A stretch of DNA of 24,000 nt from Gammaproteobacteria bacterium (GTDB lineage Bacteria; Pseudomonadota; Gammaproteobacteria; PS1; Pseudothioglobaceae): assembly GCA_965222825.1 (NCBI GenBank), contig OZ244964.1, forward strand, positions 1,263,304 to 1,287,303, read 5' to 3'. Shown piece after piece: positions 8,884 through 15,161 of the stretch; position 1 is the first letter of the stretch; every line of letters begins with the position of its first letter. The notes beneath the pieces are model-generated. The model was not told the DNA's origin. It did not search any database and saw only the letters and a program-made list of their open reading frames with translations. A program made the position numbers and the translations under genes.

Positions 8884-8911
8884 TTGATGCATAATACCAT
8901 TTACATTAAAT
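8884..8911 (+). other. dif-like candidate XerC/XerD recombination site
   Basis: TTGATGCATAA-TACCAT-TTACATTAAAT compares with E. coli dif GGTGCGCATAA-TGTATA-TTATGTTAAAT. The inner 6 nt of the XerC arm match, as do 9 of 11 nt of the XerD arm. The site lies at a strand-orientation switch. Confidence 0.3.
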
Positions 8912-9035
8912 AACTAAATTAACTAGCAAGGCTTTAGCTCTGTAGAAGTTATTCTTTTTACAACTTTCAGCCTTACTTGCTTGTTTATTGCTTGCTTAAA
9001 ATACAACTTTCGTTTGGTGTAGGCATATTTTATAG

Positions 9036-9054
9036 CCACGGGCAAGGCCCGTGG
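9036..9054. repeat. Perfect GC-rich palindromic hairpin CCACGGGC-AAG-GCCCGTGG
   Basis: The arms are 8 bp and almost entirely G/C, set in roughly 30% GC DNA. Neither strand has a flanking U-tract, so this is not a canonical terminator. Confidence 0.6.
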
Positions 9055-9240
9055 TAAAATAACACAGCAGGTTAAAATTTGGCTAAATTCTAAATGGCAA
9101 GGCTTAAAAGTTCTCTCTACTGTGTTAGACCTCTTGTTGTTAAGAATATAGTTAGCAACTGCAAGGTTTGCCTTGTATATAACGGCTTTAAGCACTTGCG
9201 TAATTTTATTACAGTTGTTAAGGTTGGACTAAATATCTTA

Positions 9241-9891
9241 TTAACGCTCACCAAATATAGCTGTGCCAATCCTAACTATATTAGCACCATATTTAATTGC
9301 AATATCCATATCATTCGACATACCCATAGATAAAGTATCTAGTTGTGGGTAGTTATTCTTTAAATTTAGCATTCGAGCAAATGCACTTTTAGCATTATTT
9401 TTTTTAGGAATACACATAAAACCGCGTAAGCTAATTTTATCTAATTTACTAACAGAGTTTACCATATCAGCAACTTCATCTATACTAATACCAGATTTTG
9501 TATTTTGGCTATCAATATTTATTTGTAAACAAATATTTAATTTAGCCAAGTTATCATTTCTATTATCATTTAATTTTTTAGCTATTTTAAACCTATCTAC
9601 ACTATGCACCCAAGAAAAATTATTAGCTATATCCTTAACCTTATTTGATTGAATAGAGCCAATAAAATGCCAAACAATATTACTATAAGTACTATCTTTA
9701 GCTAGAATTATTATTTTAGGTAATGCTTCTTGGATATAATTCTCTCCAAAGTGATACTGCTTGGCAGAAAATGCTTGCTTAATAGCCGATATAGGTTTAT
9801 TTTTGCTTACTGCTAATAATTGCACATTATTAGTAGTTAGTGCTGATATTTTTTGTTTAATACTAAATATATTTGTTGCAATATCAGTCAT
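9241..9891 (-). CDS. yggS: YggS-family pyridoxal-phosphate homeostasis protein
   Basis: LLAVSKNKP (PLP lysine), FGENYIQE, WHFIGSIQSNK, LSMGMSNDM and VRIGTAIFG form the typical YggS/PROSC pattern. Confidence 0.88.
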   Translation of the reverse strand: MTDIATNIFSIKQKISALTTNNVQLLAVSKNKPISAIKQAFSAKQYHFGENYIQEALPKIIILAKDSTYSNIVWHFIGSIQSNKVKDIANNFSWVHSVDRFKIAKKLNDNRNDNLAKLNICLQINIDSQNTKSGISIDEVADMVNSVSKLDKISLRGFMCIPKKNNAKSAFARMLNLKNNYPQLDTLSMGMSNDMDIAIKYGANIVRIGTAIFGER

Positions 9892-10753
9892 TAAAAATTA
9901 CTCTAGCATCAAATATAGGACCATCTACACAAACTTTTTGCATAGATTTAACACTATCTTTATTAACCTCAACAACACAGCCAGCACAGCCACCAACTGC
10001 ACAAGCCATATATTCTTCTAGTGATATTTGACAAGGTAGATTATATTTAAAACTTAGTTTAGCAACTGCTTCTAACATTATATTAGGACCACATGCGTAA
10101 ATTTCAATTTGTTCTAACTCATCAGCACTTAGACTATCTAAATACAAAATAGCCAAGTCAGTAATATAACCTTGATAGACTCCATCATAATTTTGCATAC
10201 TCGTTAGCCTACAAGATATATGCCAATCTTCTAACAGAGCCATAGTGCGATTAGCATTAGTAAAATTTTTAGCAATATTACTTATCTTACTAGTAAATGG
10301 AAATGGCACTTCTGAGCCCAAAATAACAAATGGATTATAATAATTATTATCTTTGATAGTCTGTGCTATGGCAATTATAGGTGGCATACCAACCCCGCCA
10401 CCTAATAATAATGGTTTGGCTTTGGCACTAATGTTAAAACCATTACCTATTGGGGCTATTATTTCTAGTTCTGTGCCAATTTTTTGCTTACTTAATAACT
10501 GCGTTCCTAGTCCTACAATTTTGTATAATAAATCTATAGTGCCAGCATCTTTATCTACTAGCATAATTGACATAGGTCTTTTTAGTAATAAATATTTATC
10601 ACACTGGATATGAATAAATTGTCCTGCTACAATATTAGATACAATATCAGGTGCTAATAAAGTAATAATAAATTGCTTGGCTAAGAATTTATTATGCTTA
10701 ACTATCTTAGCCTTAGTGCTATAAATAGTATTTATTTTATTATTATTTACCAT
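9884..10753 (-). CDS. PyrK-like FAD/NAD(P)-binding oxidoreductase with a C-terminal 2Fe-2S cluster (dihydroorotate dehydrogenase electron-transfer subunit family)
   Basis: RPMSI (FAD binding), GGGVGMPPI (NAD binding), CGPNIM and the C-terminal cysteine cluster CAVGGCAGCVV...KVCVDGPIF match PyrK-type proteins. Confidence 0.75.
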   Translation of the reverse strand: MVNNNKINTIYSTKAKIVKHNKFLAKQFIITLLAPDIVSNIVAGQFIHIQCDKYLLLKRPMSIMLVDKDAGTIDLLYKIVGLGTQLLSKQKIGTELEIIAPIGNGFNISAKAKPLLLGGGVGMPPIIAIAQTIKDNNYYNPFVILGSEVPFPFTSKISNIAKNFTNANRTMALLEDWHISCRLTSMQNYDGVYQGYITDLAILYLDSLSADELEQIEIYACGPNIMLEAVAKLSFKYNLPCQISLEEYMACAVGGCAGCVVEVNKDSVKSMQKVCVDGPIFDARVIFND

Positions 10754-10942
10754 AAGAGGCCACTGTATTAGACAAAAGCACTCATCAAAAAGCTAAAAAT
10801 ACCCCTGCTTATAAAATAAAAAAGCACATTTCTAAAAAGCAATGTTATGCATATATATTCTTCGCACTTTCGCCTATGCAGTGGTCTTTTATAAATAAAT
10901 ATTATTCACACACATATTATTTTTAGCAGGGATTTTAGCATA

Positions 10943-10971
10943 AAAAAAGGCGGTTTTAAACCGCCTTTTTT
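10943..10971 (-). terminator. Intrinsic terminator closing the sox operon
   Basis: The GGCGG...CCGCC stem is flanked by an A-run and a T-run. On the minus strand the sequence reads GGCGGTTTAAAACCGCC followed by TTTTTTT. It lies 44 nt beyond the stop of the 107-aa gene. Confidence 0.8.
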
Positions 10972-11014
10972 AGTGAAAGAAACCTTAAATAACTTAATAA
11001 TAAGTATTTACATA

Positions 11015-11338
11015 CTAAAATTTAGGACCAGCATTGCTTTGTTCACGAGCTTGATTTTGGGCATTGATTGCTTGTCGTTTTGCTTTATTAGCTAACTTTA
11101 TCGCACCTTTAGGATTTTTACCAGCCATTTTAGTTGCTTTTTTTAGCATTTTAGCAGTATCACGCCACTCAAAACTAACAGCCTTAGCTTTTTTATTTTC
11201 AGCCTTAGCCGCTTTTATAGCTTTTTCTGCTGGTGATGCTGGTGATACTGTATTATTCCAGTTCCAAGAAGAACTTCTATCTGCAGCATAAACACTAAGA
11301 CTTATAGCAACAAATATACCTAATAATATTTTTTTCAT
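11015..11338 (-). CDS. Small secreted Lys/Ala-rich protein, fifth gene of the sox operon (function unknown; SoxK-like role is a hypothesis)
   Basis: There is a signal peptide MKKILLGIFVAISLSVYA. AAGGAG lies upstream of the ATG, the gap after the soxA stop is 15 nt, and a strong terminator follows the gene. Confidence 0.7.
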   Translation of the reverse strand: MKKILLGIFVAISLSVYAADRSSSWNWNNTVSPASPAEKAIKAAKAENKKAKAVSFEWRDTAKMLKKATKMAGKNPKGAIKLANKAKRQAINAQNQAREQSNAGPKF

Positions 11339-11353
11339 GTTATCTCCTTAAAA

Positions 11354-12202
11354 TTATTCTCTGTAAGCAGTGCCATTATAAGTCATACCATTACTCATAG
11401 CAGTTAAGAAATACTCAAGATTATTGTATTCTTTCTTTTGAGTCTTAAATGGTTTAGCACGAACCTGTTTATTACAACCACCAAAACGCCTTTGGATTGT
11501 TCCAAAGCCATCACCTTTCTTTTTAGCCCATTTACCACGCCAAACAGGAAAGTGAGTGATTTGCCCTAAACCAGCACTTAGAGTATTACCTCTAATGCGT
11601 TTAGAAGCATTATAAATATGGCAATCAGCGCAAGATAGATTTAACTGTCCTCTCTTGGCGTAATAAAACTTTTTACCATCTTCATAAGCAGCTATGGCTC
11701 TAGGATCATTTGGGACTACTACATTTATAACCTTCCCGTCCGCCGCTGTTGTTAAATAAGCACTAACATAAGCTATCTTGCCTTTTTTCCAGCCCCATTT
11801 TGCCTCGCCATTATCGGTGCGACACTTATTTATTGAGCCTTCTAGTGTTTCTACTTTACCAGTTTTAGAATTCCATCTAGGATATTTAGGTCTAACAGCA
11901 CTGGTATCATTACCAAAACAACTAGCAAATGTTTTGCCGTTTTTAAATGGTTTATTCCAAAGTTTACCACCTTTTTCAACTAATTCTTCAAAAGGAGGGA
12001 ATTCCATTATTGCATCAAATTGACTTTTTTTGTCTTCATTGAACACATAGGGACCATCTTCATATGATTGAAACGAATTGTTAGGAAAATTTTTCAAAAA
12101 ATAATTTTGAAATTTATCAACATCTCCTTTTACCCCAGCCATAGACACACTAGCACCAGAAATAAATCCAGCACCAATTATCGCTATAATTATCTTTTTC
12201 AT
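11354..12202 (-). CDS. soxA: Sulfur oxidation c-type cytochrome SoxA (monohaem type)
   Basis: I moved the start to ATG at 12202 (MKKIIIAIIGAGF... signal peptide, with GGAG upstream), because the track ORF extension overlaps soxZ. There is a single haem motif CADCH, and RRFGGCNKQVRA supplies the distal Cys ligand. Confidence 0.85.
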   Translation of the reverse strand: MKKIIIAIIGAGFISGASVSMAGVKGDVDKFQNYFLKNFPNNSFQSYEDGPYVFNEDKKSQFDAIMEFPPFEELVEKGGKLWNKPFKNGKTFASCFGNDTSAVRPKYPRWNSKTGKVETLEGSINKCRTDNGEAKWGWKKGKIAYVSAYLTTAADGKVINVVVPNDPRAIAAYEDGKKFYYAKRGQLNLSCADCHIYNASKRIRGNTLSAGLGQITHFPVWRGKWAKKKGDGFGTIQRRFGGCNKQVRAKPFKTQKKEYNNLEYFLTAMSNGMTYNGTAYRE

Positions 12203-12215
12203 AAAATCTCCATTG

Positions 12216-12524
12216 TTATTTAGATTTAGCACTAGCCGATGATGATTTGCCATTATTATCTGTAAAAGATAACTTAACTGTATCACCCTTATTACCCGGT
12301 GCTTTAAAACGAAAATACGGATTTTTTGAAACTGCACCACCTATTATAGCACCAACAACTTTATTACCATTCACATCAACTTGTAAGTCAGTAATATGGT
12401 TAGCAGGATAAAATTTACCAGTCTTTTTATTCTTGCGAGTGCCAGTTTCCATTGGGTGCTTAACCAGTGCTTTAATATCAATAATGCCTTTTCTTGATTT
12501 TGGTTTTAATTTAATTTTTGCCAT
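12216..12524 (-). CDS. soxZ: Thiosulfate oxidation carrier complex protein SoxZ
   Basis: The product is 102 aa. KALVKHPMETG and KNPYFRF are typical SoxZ segments. The gene is adjacent to soxY. Confidence 0.85.
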   Translation of the reverse strand: MAKIKLKPKSRKGIIDIKALVKHPMETGTRKNKKTGKFYPANHITDLQVDVNGNKVVGAIIGGAVSKNPYFRFKAPGNKGDTVKLSFTDNNGKSSSASAKSK

Positions 12525-12549
12525 TTTTTGACTCCTTATTTATTCTATT

Positions 12550-12996
12550 TTAACCGCCACAGCCACCAACTGTTACCTTAACATCTTTGGTAACAACGCT
12601 TGTTTTACCATTAGCAACAACAATAGCACTAACAGGTGAACTTTTGCCCATTTTAACACGAGTAGAAACAAAGCCAACAGCACCACCTGATAAGTTAAAA
12701 GAAGCAGCTAGTGGTGTGCTATTATTTTTCACATAAATAGAAATTTTACTAACACCACTCATCTTTGAAGCATTAACTTCTACAGGAACAACAGCACCAT
12801 TCTCTGCTAATTTAGGAGCTTTAAATTTAAAACTTCCCTTAGTTGCACTAGCAATAGTATTTGCCATAGCATCGCTAGCCTTTTTAAACTCTGCAACACC
12901 AGCAAACACTGCTCTTGGAGCCAGTAATCCAGCACCAATAGCACCAACAACAGCACTACTAGCCAAAGCCCCTTTTAAAAATAATCTTCTATTCAT
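12550..12996 (-). CDS. soxY: Thiosulfate oxidation carrier protein SoxY
   Basis: It has a twin-arginine signal (NRRLFLKG) and the invariant C-terminal sulfur-carrying motif VTVGGCGG. Confidence 0.92.
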   Translation of the reverse strand: MNRRLFLKGALASSAVVGAIGAGLLAPRAVFAGVAEFKKASDAMANTIASATKGSFKFKAPKLAENGAVVPVEVNASKMSGVSKISIYVKNNSTPLAASFNLSGGAVGFVSTRVKMGKSSPVSAIVVANGKTSVVTKDVKVTVGGCGG

Positions 12997-13010
12997 TAAT
13001 AACCTCCTTT

Positions 13011-13349
13011 TTATAATGTATAAATATAATCTGTGATAGCATCAATCTCTTTACCAGATAAAATCTCATATTTACCAAATGGAGGCATAAAAGAATTAGG
13101 ATTAATAATAGTAGCATCACCTATTTGCTCTCTTAATTTAGATTTATTTGGATATCTTGCTTTCATAGCTACCAAAGGTGGACCCGCATTCCCTGGTAAA
13201 TTACCACCTTGAATAAAATGACAAGCAATACAATTACCTTTTTTTCTGTTATATACCAGTTTTTCGCCATCAGACTTAGCGTTTACTGGCATTGTTAATA
13301 ATACACTAACTGCAACTAATGCAGTTGTAAGTGCTACTTTTATATTCAT
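13011..13349 (-). CDS. soxX: Sulfur oxidation c-type cytochrome SoxX
   Basis: It has a signal peptide, a single haem site GNCIACH, a downstream MPPFG (Met ligand region), and is 112 aa long. It is the first gene of soxXYZA. Confidence 0.85.
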   Translation of the reverse strand: MNIKVALTTALVAVSVLLTMPVNAKSDGEKLVYNRKKGNCIACHFIQGGNLPGNAGPPLVAMKARYPNKSKLREQIGDATIINPNSFMPPFGKYEILSGKEIDAITDYIYTL

Positions 13350-13602
13350 ACCTTATCCTCCATTATACAAATAACAAAACTAAATACTAGTCAACAATAA
13401 ATGCACACATAAACACAAACCAGCAACAATTATTGTCACAGTGCATATAATACACGCATAAAAACATATAAGCAAATATATTTAATAACAATAATATAAT
13501 GATACATTAATATACTAAAATTACCGCACCACTACTGGGTTTAACTAATACATAGTATATAGTTTATAACTGTATTAGCACATTATTTAATATATTTTAT
13601 AA

Positions 13603-13914
13603 TTATTTTACTTGCAATCTTGACACAATAATACCATTTAATAAATGTTTATCAATAATATCGTCGATATCAATAATATCTATTATTTGATACCAAATAT
13701 TATCAGGGTAAACAACAGCAATAGGACCTTGTTCACATCTACCTAAACAACGACTTTCTGATATAGCAATTTTATCTTTACCTAAAATACCCAAAACACG
13801 AGCCTTGTTTTTAGCATAGTTATATAAATTCTTAGAATTAAAATTACTACAACAAACTTTGTTATTTTGTCTTTTATTACAACAGATAAATAAATGGCGT
13901 TTATAAAAACTCAT
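13603..13914 (-). CDS. Thioredoxin-like [2Fe-2S] ferredoxin domain protein
   Basis: HLFICCNKR...CC...CLGRCEQGPIAVVYPDNIWY matches the TRX-like Fd cysteine pattern. The ATG overlaps the rsmI stop by 4 bp. Confidence 0.7.
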   Translation of the reverse strand: MSFYKRHLFICCNKRQNNKVCCSNFNSKNLYNYAKNKARVLGILGKDKIAISESRCLGRCEQGPIAVVYPDNIWYQIIDIIDIDDIIDKHLLNGIIVSRLQVK

Positions 13915-14741
13915 ATTTTAAAATGTTTTAGTATATAGTTGTAACATAATTTTTTGTTTAAACCTGTTATTTTGGCTACTATTTTTGCTGATTTTGTGGC
14001 ATTTAACTCTGTTAATAAAATAGGCAATATTTTATCTAATTGCTGATATAGTTCTGAATATTGTTGTTTTTTATAACCAGATATAATTATTACAAACTCC
14101 CCTTGTTGCAAATTGTCATCACCATTTAGCCACAATATTATATCTTTTAATTGCTTAGTTTGGATATTTTCAAATATTTTTGTTAGCTCTTTAGCAACAC
14201 AAATAATTTTATTTTCTCCAAATATATTTTGCATATCTATTAGAGTATTAATAATGCGTTTTGGAGATTCATAAAATATAATTGTCTCTGTTTTACTAAC
14301 TAATTGTTGTAATAAGTTTTGCCTTTGTTTGGTTTTGCTTGGTAAAAAGCCAATAAAAGTAAAATTATCACACGCAATACCACTAGCACTTAATGCAGTT
14401 ATTAAAGCACTAGCACCAGGAATTGGTATTACTGTAATATTTTGTCTTTTTGCCTCTGATACTAATATATACCCTGGGTCGCTAATAAGCGGTGTGCCAG
14501 CATCACTTACTAAGGCATAGGATATGTTTTTCTTTAAATTATTAATAATTTGTGCAAGTTTTTTGCCTTCATTATGCTCATGAAATGCTATAACAGTAGC
14601 ATTAATATTGTAATTTTGTAATAATTTTTTGGTGTGTCTAGTATCTTCTGCTAGTATATAATCTACACTATTTAAAACACTAATAGCCCTATAACTTATA
14701 TCCTCTAAATTACCAATTGGTGTTGCTACTATATATAACAT
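13911..14741 (-). CDS. rsmI: 16S rRNA (cytidine1402-2'-O)-methyltransferase
   Basis: MLYIVATPIGNLEDIS...ILAEDTRHTKKLL and SDAGTPLISDPGY are RsmI (tetrapyrrole-methylase fold) signatures. I chose the ATG at 14741, which has AAGAGG 9 nt upstream, over the hydrophobic 16-aa extension in the track. Confidence 0.88.
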   Translation of the reverse strand: MLYIVATPIGNLEDISYRAISVLNSVDYILAEDTRHTKKLLQNYNINATVIAFHEHNEGKKLAQIINNLKKNISYALVSDAGTPLISDPGYILVSEAKRQNITVIPIPGASALITALSASGIACDNFTFIGFLPSKTKQRQNLLQQLVSKTETIIFYESPKRIINTLIDMQNIFGENKIICVAKELTKIFENIQTKQLKDIILWLNGDDNLQQGEFVIIISGYKKQQYSELYQQLDKILPILLTELNATKSAKIVAKITGLNKKLCYNYILKHFKI

Positions 14742-14744
14742 ACA

Positions 14745-15161
14745 ATGAAACCTCTTATAAAAAAAATAGGCAATAAGGCAGAAAATCAAGCATTAAAATA
14801 TTTAAAAAAACACGGATTACGCCTAGTTAAAAAAAATTATTTAACCAAAATTGGTGAAATAGATATTATTATGCTAGATAATGATACTCTTGTGTTTATA
14901 GAAGTTCGTTATCGGACAAATAATTACTATGGTGATGCAATAACTAGCGTAAATTATAACAAACAAAAGAAAATTATTCGCACTGCTAAGGTTTTTTTAC
15001 AACAATATCCAAAATATGAAGATTTTATTTGTCGTTTTGATGTTATTGGGGTTGAATCTAGTTTAAAATATGCTAAATTGCCTATATTTGTCAAAATTAA
15101 AAAATTATTTAAAAAAGATTACAATAATATTGATTGGATAAAAAATGCATTTGAATTATGA
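14745..15161 (+). CDS. yraN: YraN-family (UPF0102) endonuclease-like protein
   Basis: GEIDIIMLDNDTLVFIEVRYR and RFDVIG form the typical YraN core. The gene is divergent from rsmI, as in E. coli. Confidence 0.8.
   Translation: MKPLIKKIGNKAENQALKYLKKHGLRLVKKNYLTKIGEIDIIMLDNDTLVFIEVRYRTNNYYGDAITSVNYNKQKKIIRTAKVFLQQYPKYEDFICRFDVIGVESSLKYAKLPIFVKIKKLFKKDYNNIDWIKNAFEL

Noticed and set aside
8458-9240. Known housekeeping RNAs (tmRNA, RNase P RNA, SRP/4.5S, 6S) or a decayed lepB in the gap.
   Set aside because: I found no tmRNA ends or tag frame, no GGAAAGTCCGGGC-type RNase P core (only a loose GAAAGTTCCG), and no SRP GGAAGCAGCC motif. Only a vague AAGGCTTAAAAG resemblance to a 6S segment was seen. 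No LepB box motifs appear in any + frame. None of these can be supported by eye.
9094-9333. A 79-aa + strand ORF spanning the gap and the 3' end of yggS.
   Set aside because: It runs antisense into yggS, has no RBS, and its composition looks like noise. The 90-aa minus-strand ORF at 8923-9195 is also not called as a CDS (GTG start, no SD, a GC hairpin inside it), but it is kept as an open question in the findings.
10758-10888. The inverted repeat GGCCACTG / CAGTGGTC upstream of the pyrK-like gene.
   Set aside because: The match is 7 of 8 over a 120-nt separation, which is within chance expectation. No supporting structure is present.
12203-12340. The 46-codon N-terminal extension of the soxA ORF in the track.
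   Set aside because: The extension overlaps soxZ and encodes non-signal junk. The internal ATG at 12202 has GGAG upstream and begins a proper signal peptide.
14742-14789. The 16-codon extension of rsmI (MIFCLIAYFFYKRFHC).
   Set aside because: The extension is hydrophobic and looks unconserved, and it would fully overlap the yraN start. The conserved RsmI core begins at MLYIVATPIGN.
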